A stretch of DNA of 64,000 nt. Origin: an uncultured Solirubrobacteraceae bacterium (GTDB lineage Bacteria; Actinomycetota; Thermoleophilia; Solirubrobacterales; Solirubrobacteraceae). Shown here in pieces: positions 38,073-48,134 of this stretch (within the stretch, counting starts at the first letter, position 1; every line of letters starts with the position of its first letter). The translations under genes were made by a program, and so were the position numbers. A model generated the notes under the pieces. It saw only the letters and a list, made by a program, of their open reading frames with translations. It made no database searches and had not been told where the DNA came from. The stretch lies in NCBI GenBank assembly GCA_963703625.1, contig CAVPEY010000007.1, positions 14,672 through 78,671 on the forward strand, written 5' to 3'.

Positions 38073-41000
38073 CAGGCCTTGGCTCCCGCGAGGCGGTTCA
38101 GCGCCTGCGTGCCGACGCCGACGACGTCGTGAAGGAGCGCCAGCAGCCGCCCGTCGGCGCCGTAGAACCAGTGGTCGGCGTGGCACAGCGGCAGGTTGCT
38201 CGCCGGTCGGATCCGCAGCTCGTGGCGCACCGGCTCCTGCGCGGCGGGCTCGCCGAGCTTCACGTAGGCGCCGATCTCGGCCGGCAGCAGCGTCACCTCC
38301 CACTGCAGGCGCGCCCACAGCACCTGCATCTGCAGCGCGCTGTCGACCAGCACGGGGTCGAGCAGCCAGTGCAGGCCCTCCGCGCCCGCGACGCACTGTG
38401 CCGGCTGGGAGGGGCGCAGCAGTGCGCTCGCTCCGCGTGCGTCCATCCCGTCGATCGCGACGATGCCCTGGAACAGCGGCCCGTGGAACAGCAGGTCGCG
38501 GTAGGCGTCGGCGACCGGCAACGGGAACGGCGCCAGCTCGGGCAGCGGCGCGGGACGTGCGGCGATCCCGGGTTTGCTCGGATCGTGCAGGCCCGGCAGA
38601 TCGCGCGGGGCGAGCAGCTCCCCGAGCTGCACCCGCGCACGGTAGTGTGGCCGACCCTCGGCCACCGGCTTGATCGTGACCTCGATCTCCCCGGCATCGT
38701 CCTGCGGCGTGGCGTCGATCCTCACGCTCGCCGGTCGGTCGTGCTCGAGCGCGAGGCCAGCGAGCAGCCGGATCGTGCTCAGCCCCGCGACCGGTCGTCC
38801 GGGCGCGGCCGTGGCGGCGAGCTCGGCCATCAGCTCCATCGCGACCGCGAACGGGAGCACCGGCCGGCCGTCGATGCGGTGATCGCCGAGATACAGGTCG
38901 CGCGCCAGCTCGAAGGTGTAGAGCGCCTGCACAGACGGTCCGCCGGCGCCGGGGCCAGGTACGACCTCTTTGGCGCCCGCGAGCAGCGCCAGCCCGGCCG
39001 CCTGCTCGGGCTCGGCGGCGGTCGTGCTCGCCGCGCCCTGTGCGCCGTCGGCACCCTGCACCGCCGCGAGTCCCGTGGCTGCCCCGATCACGACCTCGGC
39101 CTCGCCCTTGCGGCCGCGGCTCAGCTCCTGCTCGAGCATCCGCGCGCCGTGGTCGAGCCCGATCAGCGCGACGCCGCGTCGGGTGAACTCGGCTTCCAGC
39201 CAGGGGGAGACCATGCCCGCCGCCCGCCACGGACCCCAGTCGACCGACACGACCCGCGCCGGCCAGCGGCGATCGAGCTCGTGCGCGAGCTTGGCGAGGA
39301 CTTCGCTCGCAGCCGCGTAGTCGGCCTGTCCGCGATTGCCGAAGCGACCGGAGACCGAGCTGAACAGCACGAGGAAGCGCAGGCCCTGCGGACGCAGCCG
39401 CTCGGCGAGCGTCCGGGCCGCGCCGGCCTTGGTGGCGAGCACCCGCTCGAGCGACGAGCGTTGCTTGTCGCGGATCAGGCTGTCCTCGATCACACCGGCG
39501 CCGTGCACGACGCCGTCGATGCGCCCGTGGCGCGCGTAGACCGAGTCGATCAGCGCGCCGAACGCATCGCTATCGGAGACGTCGCAGACGAGGTACTCGA
39601 CGCCGGCGCCGGTCGCGCGCAGGCGCTCGAGGTTCTCGCGCACCTCGCGGGCGGCGAGGGTCCGCCGGCAGTCCTGCTCGACGAGCGCCGGCTTCAGCTC
39701 CCTGTGCTCGCGCTTGCGCAGCTCGATCATCGCCGCTCGCAGCTCTGCGAGCTCGCTCAGCCCCGCCGTCTGCTCGCTCTCGGCTTCCAGCGGCGTGCGC
39801 CCCACGAGCACGAACGTGTGGCGGCGGCGCTCGGCCAGCGTCAACGCGACGTGCGCAGTGATGCCGCGGGCGCCGCCGGTGACGAGCAGCACGCTGTCCG
39901 CGTCCAGCGTCTGCCCGAAGCGGCGCTCGGCGAGCGGCGCCGGCACGACGCCGAGCTGCACGCGCTCATCGTCGCGATATCCGACCTCGACCAGTCCGTC
40001 CGCCGCCGACAGCTCGGCGAGCAGGTGGGCGGCCGCCGCCGTGGCGGGCATCGCCTGTAGATCCACAGACTTGACGCGCACCGCGGGCCACTCCTGCGCG
40101 GCGGACTTGAGGAAGCCGTGGATCGCGCCCTGGGGAGCCGCGCCGAGCGGAGCGTCGCCATCCACGCCGAAGGCGCCGCCGAGGCCGGTGGCGCCGAGGA
40201 GCACCGCGCCGCCTGCGCTCGCCGCCGCCTCGAGCTGCTCGCGCAGCGCCTGTGCGAGCGCGAGCAGCGTGGTCAGCGCGCCGTACTCCGGCTGCGGCTC
40301 GGCGAGCGCCGCGAGGTGGACGAGCGCCTTGACGCCGCCGTCCGCGTGCGTGCGCGCGGCCAGCGCGCACGCCTCGTCGGCGTCACGCGGCTGTTCCTCG
40401 TGCGCGAGGCGGATGACCGTCTCACCGCGGGCGGCGAGCGCCTGCTCGAGCTCCGCGCCGATGCCCTGTTCGTCGTCGACGATCACGACCGCGCCAGGAC
40501 CTGTCAGCCCGGTGCCGTCGATGATCGCGGGAGCGCTCTGAGCCTGCACGACGAACCGACCGATGCGCTCCTCTTCGGCCGGCCCCTCCTCAAAAGGGCG
40601 TTGCGCCCCCGCCTGTTCCCCCGGCGGTGCCGCCGTGGCCGTCACGCCGGAGCCGCCGAGCGCGGCTTCGAGGATGTCGATCACCGCCGTCAGCGTGCGA
40701 CTCGCGGTGAGCTCCTCGATATCGATCGCCGAGCGATCCTCCAGGCCGAGGCCCTGCGTCAGCGTGCCCGCGATCTCCACGCGCTTGATCGAGTCGATCC
40801 CGAGGTCACCCTCGAGGTCGGCATCGAGCCCGAGCATCTCGGCCGGGTAGCCCGTGCGCTCGCTGACCACCGCGAGCAGCCGCTCCTGGATCTGCGCACG
40901 CGTCATCGCCGTCGCGACGCCGGCTGCCTGCGCCTGCGGCGTCGCGGACGTCGCCGCCACGGGCGCCGGCGCGGGCGTCGGCTCCACAGCCGGGGCGGGA

Positions 41001-44000
41001 GCGGGCGCCTCGGCGGGTGCGGCCGGCTGGACCGGCGCCACCTGAGCGGCCGCCGGCGCAGGGGCTGGTGCGGGCGCGGCCGGGAGCGCGGCTGCAGCCG
41101 GGCGCACCGGTGCGAGCGCTGACCGCTGCAGTCCCACGCCCGGCAGCGTCGCCGCTCCGCGCGCGGCGCCGAGGTAGCCCAGCATCACGCTGCTCTGTGC
41201 CTCGAGGAACTGCTGCATCACCTGCTGGTGGCGGAGCATCACCTCAGCGACGCGGTCACCGGCCGCGGGCGCCGCCGAGATCTGCCCGCCCTGCAGCGCG
41301 CGCGTGCCGATCTCTGCGCCCGGCGGCGAACGATCGGGATGGCCGTTGCTCGTCTCGAACTGCTCCGGCAGGAAGGCGGGGACGACCGGGCCCCCGCCGT
41401 TGGTGCTCGTGTTGGTCACGGGTCTGTGCTCCTCTTGTTCGGCGACATGGATCGGCGCCGCCGGTGCACGGGTCGTGCCGGCGGGCCATGCACGGCCGCC
41501 GTCGACGAGCCAGGTCGCGCCCGGCTCCTCGGCGGTGTGGCCATTGCCGCGCGGATCGAGACGCGCGGCGGGACGTCCTTCGAAGAGGCGCTCGGTCTGC
41601 ACCGGCAGCCCCTCGGCGGCGAGCGCCGCCAGGCAGTGCAGCAGCGACAGCAGGCCGGAACGGCCCGGCCGGTCCATCGGGACGGCGAGGTGCTCGCGCT
41701 CGCCGAGGATCTGCGGGACAAGGCCGGCGAGCACCGAGCGTGGCCCGACCTCGACGAAGACGCGGGCGCCGTCGCGGTACATCGCGTCGATCTCGCGCAC
41801 GAACTCCACGGGGCGGATCAGGTGCTCGGACAGGACCTGCGCGATCGCCGCGGTCTCCTGCTCGTGCGCCTCGCCCGTCGTGTTGGAATACACCGGGACG
41901 CGCGGGACGGCGAGGCTCGTGCGCTCGAGCAGCTGCGCGAAGCGCTGCTGTGCGCCGGCGACGTGGGGCGAGTGAAACGCGCACGCGACGGGCAGCATCC
42001 GCGCCCCGACGCCGCGCTCGCGGCACCACTCGACCGCGGCCTCGACGTGCTCCTGCGGTCCGGACAGCACCGTCTGGCGCGGCGAGTTGAGGTTCGCGGC
42101 GACGACGCCGCCGCCCTCGAGCAGCGGCGCCAGCGCGTCGGGTGGCGCCTCGACGGCCGCCATCGCGCCGGCCTCGACCGCGCTGGCCTGCTTCATCAAG
42201 CGTCCCCGCGCCTCGGAGACGCGTAGCAGCTGCTCGACGTCGATGCCACCGGCGGCGGCGAGCGCGACGAACTCGCCGTAGCTGTGCCCCGCCGTCAGCT
42301 CGGGGACGATCCCCAGCGTCTCGAGCACACGCAGATAGGCGAGCTCTGTCGCCCCGAGCGCCGCCTGCGCCACGTGCGTGTCGGTCAGCTCGGACTGGCG
42401 AGCGCGCTGCTCCTCGGGCGTGAACGACGGCGGCGGGAAGACGTAGCCGCTGAGCGGCTGCTCGTAGCAGTCCGCCAGCACCCGGTCTGCGAGCTCGAAC
42501 TGCTCGCGCGCCTCGGGGAAGGCGATCGCGAGCTCGCGCCCCATGTTCACCATCTGCGAGCCCTGGCCGGGGAACAGGAACGCAACCCGACCCTCTGCGG
42601 CCAACGGCCGCTCGGACCAGTGGATGCCGCTGGGATCGTGCACGCGTTCCTCGGCGCCGACGAGCAGCTCCCGCGTCCGGCCGAGCTTCCCGCGCAGATC
42701 CTCCAAGGACTCGGCGACCAGCGCGAGCGTCGGGCTGGTGGCCTCGCGCGCGTGAAACTCGAGTGCGAGGCGGTGGGCGAGCGCGTCCAGCCGCGGAGGC
42801 TCGGCGGCAGCGAGCTCGACTTCGAGCTGCTCGAGCGCGCGAAGCACCTCGGCGCGGCTGCCGCGCCACAGCAGCAGCTCGCCCGGCCAGCGCGGCATCG
42901 CGGTCTCGGGGTCGTCGCGGTAGGCGCCCGTGTACTCCTCGAGCACGATGTGGAAGTCGGTGCCGCCGAAGCCGAACGCGCTGACCCCGGCCCGGCGCGG
43001 ATGTGCCGCACCGCCTGTCAGCCACGGGCGCGCTTCGCTGTTGACGTAGAACGGGCTCTCCGGGAACGACGCCTTCGGGTTGGGTTCCTCGACGCCGATC
43101 GTCGGTGGCAGCACGCGGTGGTGCAGCGCCAGCGCGGCCTTGACGATGCCCGCGACGCCGGCGGTCGCCTTCGTGTGTCCGATCATCGACTTGACCGACC
43201 CCACCGCGCACCACTGGCGGCTGTCGGAGTGCTCGGCGAAGACGGTGCTGAGCGCCTTGATCTCGGCACCGTCGCCGGCGACGGTGCCCGTGCCGTGCGC
43301 CTCCACCAGACCGACGGTCGCGGGCGAGAAGCGCGCCTGCGCGTACGCCCGTCGCAGCGCGCGCATCTGGCCCTCGGGCCGCGGCGCCGTGAGGCTCCTG
43401 TCGCGGCCGTCGCTCGCGGCGCCGACGCCGCGGATCACGGCGTAGATGCGGTCGCCGTCGCGCTCGGCGTCCGCCAGGCGCTTGAGCACGACCGTCGCGA
43501 ACCCCTCGCTGATCGCGATCCCGTCGGCGCTCGCGTCGAACGGACGGCAGCGTCCGGTCGGCGACAGCGCGTGTGTCTTGGCGAAGCACAGGTACGCGAA
43601 CGGGTTCTGAATCGCGTCGACGCCGCCCGCGAGCACCATGTCGCTGGTACCGACCTGCAGCTCTCGGGCGCCGAGGCCGATCGCGCTCAGCGACGAGGCG
43701 CAGGCGGCGTCGACGGTGTAGTTGGTCCCGCCGAAGTCGAGGCGGTTGGCGATGCGCCCCGCGGCGACGTTCATCAAGAGACCGGCGAAGCTGTCCTCGG
43801 TCCACTCGGGCAGCGCGTCAAAGAGCTGTTCCTGCAGCTGCGGGTGCGCGTCGCCCAGCAGCGACGGGATCGCCGAGCGCACGGTGTAGCCGACGGACGT
43901 GTCGGCGCCGCCGCCGCCCGCGCCCAGGATCACCGAGGTGCGTTCCCGGTCGAACGGACGCGTCGCATATCCCGCGTCGCGCAGCGCGGCCTGCGCGCAC

Positions 44001-46312
44001 AGCAGCGCGAGCAGCTGGAACGGCTCGATCGAGGCGAGCGACTTCGGCGGTAGCCCGAGCGTCATCGGGTCGAGCGCCACCGGGTCGATGAAGCCGCCCC
44101 AGCGCGAGTACACCTTGTCGCGCGCGGCCGGGTCGGGGTCATACATCCGCCGCCAGTCCCAGCGCTCCGCGGGGACCTCGCCGATCGCGTCGACCCTGTC
44201 GATGATGTTGGCCCAGAAGCTCGCCACGTCGGGCGCGCTCGGCAGGATGCAGCCGAGGCCGACGATCGCGACGTCCGCAGGCGGCGGCGCCGGCGGCTCT
44301 GGGCCCGCCTGCGGCGCCGCCAGCTCCTCGAGCAGCTCGCTGCTCGCGTGCGAGACTTCGCTGTGCAGCTCGGCGATGCTCGTCACGCTGTCGCGCAGCG
44401 CGGTGACCTGGCCGATCATGTACATGCCGCGCTGCCACTGCTCGCAGGCGTCGACGTCGACGAGCTCGGAGTCGGCGCGGTCGACGCCCTTCGACGCGAC
44501 CCGCAGGCGTCCGATGTTGAGCTGCTCGAGGCGGCCGCGCAGCTCCTCGGCGTCGATCCCCTCCGAGCGCAGGCTGCGCCGCTCGGCCTCGAACTGCTCG
44601 ACGAACGGTGAGGGCAGGCAGCGCGTGGCGTGGCCGGGCCCGCTCTCGAGCAGAGCGGTGTCGGCGGCGGCGATCGCGGCCTCCTGGAACAGCGGCGTGA
44701 TCGCGCCGCATTCGGTGGCCTCGCGCGTGAACAGGTAGCCGGTGCCCATCAGCGCACCGATCTGCGCGCCGCGCGCGCTCGCTGCTGCCGCCGCGGCGGC
44801 AGCCATCGCCGCCGAGCGGGCGTCGTGGATGCCGCCCGCGAGCAGCACCTGGCAGTCGGAGGCGTCGTTCGGAAGCTCCTCGAGCAGGACGCGGAACATC
44901 GTGTCCCAGAGCACGAAGCTCGTGCGGGGGCCGACGTGGCCGCCGCACTCGCGCCCCTCGAACACGAAGCGGCGCGCGCCGTCCGCGAGGTACAGCTTCA
45001 ACAGCCCCGGCGAGGGGACGTGCAGGTAGGTCTCGATGCCGTCGGCTTCGAGCTCGCGCGCCTGGTCGGGACGCCCGCCGGCGATCAGCGCGAACGGCGG
45101 GCGATGCTCGCGCACGACCTCGAGCTGCTCAGCGCGCAGCTCGGCGGGCACGAAGCCGAGCAGCCCGACGCCCCACGAGCGCTCCCCGAGGAGCTTCGCC
45201 GTCTGCTCGAGCAGCGCGCTGGCTTCGCCGGCGCGCATCAGAGCCAGCGCGAGGAAGGGCAGGCCGCCGCCTGCGGCGACCGCCGCGGCGAACTCCGCGC
45301 GGTCGCTGACGCGCGTCATCGGACCCTGCACGAGCGGGTAGCGGGTGCGGTGTGCCTGTGCGACGCCGGCGCCCTCAGCGAGCGGGTTGCCGTCCGCGAG
45401 CGTGTCGCAGGCGCGCGCGATCGCGGAGCCGAGACCGTCGATGATGCCGGCGACGGTCTCGAAGCTGCGCGCCAGCTCGGCGGCGAAGGCGGCGTCCTGC
45501 CCGAGCGGGAGCACGGCCGTGTCCACGCCCGCTCCGGCGACGTGGGCCCTGACGCCCGCTCGCCAAGTGCCACGGGCGTCGGCGCTCGCCAGCAGCTCGT
45601 CCTCGACGGCGCGCAGCTGCTCGAGGCTGTGCATGCCCGGCCGGCTGTAGGCGCGGAACGGCGCGCCCAGCTCCGCGCCGAGCGTCACGGTCTCGCTGCC
45701 GTCGGTTCCGGCGAGCGTCGCCCGCAGGTTGTCCGGGAGCGGCGACTCGCGCGTCAGCAGCAGCTGCGCGTCGAGCACCGCGCCTGCGGCGCCGGCGACG
45801 TATGCCGCGGCGACGGTGTGCCGGCCGATCCCGCCGTGTATGAAGACGGGGACGCCGAGCGTCCCGAGCAGTCGCTGGGAGAGCACGAACGAGCCCTCCT
45901 CGCCGATCCAGCCGCCCGCCTCGTGCCCCTTGGCGATCACGGCGTCGGCGCCGGCGTCCTGCGCCGCGACGGCCTCGCCGAGCGCCGTGGCGACTACATA
46001 CGCCTGCAGGCCCGCGCCGTGTACCAGCTCGACGAGCGCCGGCAGCTCCTCCGCCGGCGTGTTCGCGAGCAGGATCGTGTCGAGACCGTCCGGTTGCGCG
46101 GTGAGCACGGCGGCGAGCGTCTCGGCGCCATCGAGCAGCACGCCGCAGCGACCCCGCCCGAGCTCGCACAGGCGCCGAAGCTGAGCGAGGCCGGCATCGA
46201 GGTCGATCGCGAACTCGAGGTTGACCACGCCGAGGGCACCCGCACGACTGCCGGCGATCGGAACAGTGGCGTCCGGCGAGCCGGACGGGCACAACACGAC
46301 GAATTGAAACAA
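38072..46312 (-). CDS. iterative type I PKS/FAS, PfaA-like: two FabK/NMO-type ER barrels-KS-AT-ACP-KR-DH
   Basis: KGHEAGGW and EGRECGGH barrels. KS: DAACASS, EAHGTGT, GHTK. AT: GQGSQ, GHSYG, AFHS. ACP: LGIDSIKRVEI. KR: TGGARGI, YAAAS. DH: DHRIDGRPVLP, DSALQ. TTG start. Confidence 0.95.
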   Translation of the reverse strand: MFQFVVLCPSGSPDATVPIAGSRAGALGVVNLEFAIDLDAGLAQLRRLCELGRGRCGVLLDGAETLAAVLTAQPDGLDTILLANTPAEELPALVELVHGAGLQAYVVATALGEAVAAQDAGADAVIAKGHEAGGWIGEEGSFVLSQRLLGTLGVPVFIHGGIGRHTVAAAYVAGAAGAVLDAQLLLTRESPLPDNLRATLAGTDGSETVTLGAELGAPFRAYSRPGMHSLEQLRAVEDELLASADARGTWRAGVRAHVAGAGVDTAVLPLGQDAAFAAELARSFETVAGIIDGLGSAIARACDTLADGNPLAEGAGVAQAHRTRYPLVQGPMTRVSDRAEFAAAVAAGGGLPFLALALMRAGEASALLEQTAKLLGERSWGVGLLGFVPAELRAEQLEVVREHRPPFALIAGGRPDQARELEADGIETYLHVPSPGLLKLYLADGARRFVFEGRECGGHVGPRTSFVLWDTMFRVLLEELPNDASDCQVLLAGGIHDARSAAMAAAAAAAASARGAQIGALMGTGYLFTREATECGAITPLFQEAAIAAADTALLESGPGHATRCLPSPFVEQFEAERRSLRSEGIDAEELRGRLEQLNIGRLRVASKGVDRADSELVDVDACEQWQRGMYMIGQVTALRDSVTSIAELHSEVSHASSELLEELAAPQAGPEPPAPPPADVAIVGLGCILPSAPDVASFWANIIDRVDAIGEVPAERWDWRRMYDPDPAARDKVYSRWGGFIDPVALDPMTLGLPPKSLASIEPFQLLALLCAQAALRDAGYATRPFDRERTSVILGAGGGGADTSVGYTVRSAIPSLLGDAHPQLQEQLFDALPEWTEDSFAGLLMNVAAGRIANRLDFGGTNYTVDAACASSLSAIGLGARELQVGTSDMVLAGGVDAIQNPFAYLCFAKTHALSPTGRCRPFDASADGIAISEGFATVVLKRLADAERDGDRIYAVIRGVGAASDGRDRSLTAPRPEGQMRALRRAYAQARFSPATVGLVEAHGTGTVAGDGAEIKALSTVFAEHSDSRQWCAVGSVKSMIGHTKATAGVAGIVKAALALHHRVLPPTIGVEEPNPKASFPESPFYVNSEARPWLTGGAAHPRRAGVSAFGFGGTDFHIVLEEYTGAYRDDPETAMPRWPGELLLWRGSRAEVLRALEQLEVELAAAEPPRLDALAHRLALEFHAREATSPTLALVAESLEDLRGKLGRTRELLVGAEERVHDPSGIHWSERPLAAEGRVAFLFPGQGSQMVNMGRELAIAFPEAREQFELADRVLADCYEQPLSGYVFPPPSFTPEEQRARQSELTDTHVAQAALGATELAYLRVLETLGIVPELTAGHSYGEFVALAAAGGIDVEQLLRVSEARGRLMKQASAVEAGAMAAVEAPPDALAPLLEGGGVVAANLNSPRQTVLSGPQEHVEAAVEWCRERGVGARMLPVACAFHSPHVAGAQQRFAQLLERTSLAVPRVPVYSNTTGEAHEQETAAIAQVLSEHLIRPVEFVREIDAMYRDGARVFVEVGPRSVLAGLVPQILGEREHLAVPMDRPGRSGLLSLLHCLAALAAEGLPVQTERLFEGRPAARLDPRGNGHTAEEPGATWLVDGGRAWPAGTTRAPAAPIHVAEQEEHRPVTNTSTNGGGPVVPAFLPEQFETSNGHPDRSPPGAEIGTRALQGGQISAAPAAGDRVAEVMLRHQQVMQQFLEAQSSVMLGYLGAARGAATLPGVGLQRSALAPVRPAAAALPAAPAPAPAPAAAQVAPVQPAAPAEAPAPAPAVEPTPAPAPVAATSATPQAQAAGVATAMTRAQIQERLLAVVSERTGYPAEMLGLDADLEGDLGIDSIKRVEIAGTLTQGLGLEDRSAIDIEELTASRTLTAVIDILEAALGGSGVTATAAPPGEQAGAQRPFEEGPAEEERIGRFVVQAQSAPAIIDGTGLTGPGAVVIVDDEQGIGAELEQALAARGETVIRLAHEEQPRDADEACALAARTHADGGVKALVHLAALAEPQPEYGALTTLLALAQALREQLEAAASAGGAVLLGATGLGGAFGVDGDAPLGAAPQGAIHGFLKSAAQEWPAVRVKSVDLQAMPATAAAAHLLAELSAADGLVEVGYRDDERVQLGVVPAPLAERRFGQTLDADSVLLVTGGARGITAHVALTLAERRRHTFVLVGRTPLEAESEQTAGLSELAELRAAMIELRKREHRELKPALVEQDCRRTLAAREVRENLERLRATGAGVEYLVCDVSDSDAFGALIDSVYARHGRIDGVVHGAGVIEDSLIRDKQRSSLERVLATKAGAARTLAERLRPQGLRFLVLFSSVSGRFGNRGQADYAAASEVLAKLAHELDRRWPARVVSVDWGPWRAAGMVSPWLEAEFTRRGVALIGLDHGARMLEQELSRGRKGEAEVVIGAATGLAAVQGADGAQGAASTTAAEPEQAAGLALLAGAKEVVPGPGAGGPSVQALYTFELARDLYLGDHRIDGRPVLPFAVAMELMAELAATAAPGRPVAGLSTIRLLAGLALEHDRPASVRIDATPQDDAGEIEVTIKPVAEGRPHYRARVQLGELLAPRDLPGLHDPSKPGIAARPAPLPELAPFPLPVADAYRDLLFHGPLFQGIVAIDGMDARGASALLRPSQPAQCVAGAEGLHWLLDPVLVDSALQMQVLWARLQWEVTLLPAEIGAYVKLGEPAAQEPVRHELRIRPASNLPLCHADHWFYGADGRLLALLHDVVGVGTQALNRLAGAKA

Positions 46313-46422
46313 TGTGGGCCCTTCGTGTAGGTGTCTCCATCCGGTCGGAGAAGCATCCGAGACCGCGGACGTTGCGGACTTTGGCCCACGCAGACAGAGT
46401 GGTCAAGCAGCGACAGGCAATG

Positions 46423-46455
46423 TTGCACGAAGGTGCAAATCGCATTGACCATGCG
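46423..46455. promoter_or_regulatory. candidate operator(s) in the divergent PKS/carboxyltransferase promoter region
   Basis: TTGCAC-gaag-GTGCAA (46423-46438) and CGCAT-tgacc-ATGCG (46441-46455). Confidence 0.3.
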
Positions 46456-46586
46456 GTGTGAGCGACCCTAACCTGCACCCGGCTACCCCGTGTTGGGACG
46501 CCGGACAGCCTCGCTGGAAACGCGTCGACAGCGCAGGGGAGCAGCGTCGGCTTACACGTTTCCAACGCGCCCGGGGGGCCTTTCTC

Positions 46587-48134
46587 TTGTCCGTCCTGTC
46601 GCACTCTTCGCCTCCTTCGCAACTGGATCCCCCGCACTCGCGCGAACGCCTCGAGTGGCTGTGCGACCCGCACAGCCTCGAGCCGCTCGAGCCGGCTTCG
46701 ATGCCAGACGACACCGAGGTCGGGGTGCATGCGGCATGGGGTCGCGTCGCCGGGCGCCCGATCCTCTGCTACGCCCAGGACGCCTCGATCGCCGCCGGAT
46801 CGGTGGGCGTGCCCGAGGCCGAGGTGATCGTCCGCGCGCTGCGTCACAGCCGTCAGATCGGGGTTCCGCTCGTCGGCTTCATGGAGTCTGCGGGCGCCCG
46901 CCTGCAGGAGGGCGCCGCCGCGCTGGGCGGATTCGGACGGATCTTCTTCGAGAACGTGGCGCTCTCCGGTCGGGCGCCCCAGATCTCGGTGATCACCGGT
47001 GTCTCGGCCGGCGGCGGCTGCTATTCGCCCGCGCTGACCGACTTCGTCGTGATGACCGACAGGGCCTCGATGTTCCTGACCGGTCCGCGGATCGTCAAGC
47101 GGGCGCTCGGCGAGGACGTCACGACCTCCGCGCTCGGCGGTACGCGCGTGCACGCCCGCAACGGCGTCTGCGACTTCGTCGCAGACGACGATCGCAGTGC
47201 GATCGGGCTGTTGCGCGAGCTGCTCGGCTACCTGCCCCAGAACGGGTCCGAGCCACCGCCGCCGATCGCGGCCGAATCCCCGACCGGCGAGGATCCGGCG
47301 GGCGTGCTGCCGGCGCGCAGCCGCAACTACTACGACGTCCGCGAGCTGATTGGACGGCTGGTGGATGGCGGTCGCTTCCGCGAGGTCTCCGAGCGCTGGG
47401 CACGCAACATGGTCGTCGGCTTCGCGCGCATGGAAGGGCACACCGTCGCGATCATCGCCAACCAGGCGCGCCACCGCGGCGGCGTGATCGACGTCGCGGC
47501 CTCGCAGAAGGGCAGGAAGTTCGTACGCACCTGCGATGCCTTCGGGATCCCGATGCTCGTGCTGGTCGACACGCCGGGCTTCATGCCCGGCAGCCGCGAG
47601 GAGGCGGCCGGAGTCATCAGCCACGGCGCCGAACTGGTGCGTGCGTTCGCCGCCGCCAGCGCGCCGCGGGTGACCGTGATCGTGCGCAAGGCTTTCGGCG
47701 GCGCGTTCATCACGATGAACTCCAAGGATCTCGGCGCCGATGCGGCGTTCTGCTGGCCGGACGCCGAGATCGGGATCATGAGCCCGGAGGCCGCCGTCGA
47801 GATCATCCACGGCCGCCGGCTGCGCCGGATTCGCGGCGCCGACGTGCGCGAACGGCTCGCCCGCCGCTACGCCGAGGACAGCCTCACCGCGCAGGCCGCG
47901 GTCGCCTGCGGCGCGGTCGACGCCGTCATCCAGCCGGCCCAGACACGCGAGCACGTGCTGCGTGCGCTGCGCCAGGAGCGGCGCGCCGCCGAGGGCAACA
48001 CCGATATCGTCAACGCGCCGAGCACGGGACCCGTACGAACGGCGGGCAGAGCGTCCCGGCAGCCGCCGCGGCCGGCAGATGCGACCAACAACCTCTACCG
48101 TCTCAAAACCGCCCCGGAGGGAGCACAGACATGA
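46587..48134 (+). CDS. acyl-CoA carboxylase carboxyltransferase subunit (PccB/AccD-like)
   Basis: ESAGARLQEG, SAGGGCYSPALTDF, MFLTGP, LVDTPGFMPG, RKAFGGA. Probable TTG start at 46587. Confidence 0.92.
   Translation: MSVLSHSSPPSQLDPPHSRERLEWLCDPHSLEPLEPASMPDDTEVGVHAAWGRVAGRPILCYAQDASIAAGSVGVPEAEVIVRALRHSRQIGVPLVGFMESAGARLQEGAAALGGFGRIFFENVALSGRAPQISVITGVSAGGGCYSPALTDFVVMTDRASMFLTGPRIVKRALGEDVTTSALGGTRVHARNGVCDFVADDDRSAIGLLRELLGYLPQNGSEPPPPIAAESPTGEDPAGVLPARSRNYYDVRELIGRLVDGGRFREVSERWARNMVVGFARMEGHTVAIIANQARHRGGVIDVAASQKGRKFVRTCDAFGIPMLVLVDTPGFMPGSREEAAGVISHGAELVRAFAAASAPRVTVIVRKAFGGAFITMNSKDLGADAAFCWPDAEIGIMSPEAAVEIIHGRRLRRIRGADVRERLARRYAEDSLTAQAAVACGAVDAVIQPAQTREHVLRALRQERRAAEGNTDIVNAPSTGPVRTAGRASRQPPRPADATNNLYRLKTAPEGAQT

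Noticed and set aside
33069-46312. Enediyne PKS or PUFA synthase assignment
   Set aside because: PksE is a single KS-AT-ACP-KR-DH-PPTase protein without ER, and no partner hot-dog thioesterase is seen. PUFA synthases have tandem ACPs and a KS-CLF with FabA-type DH domains, which are absent here.
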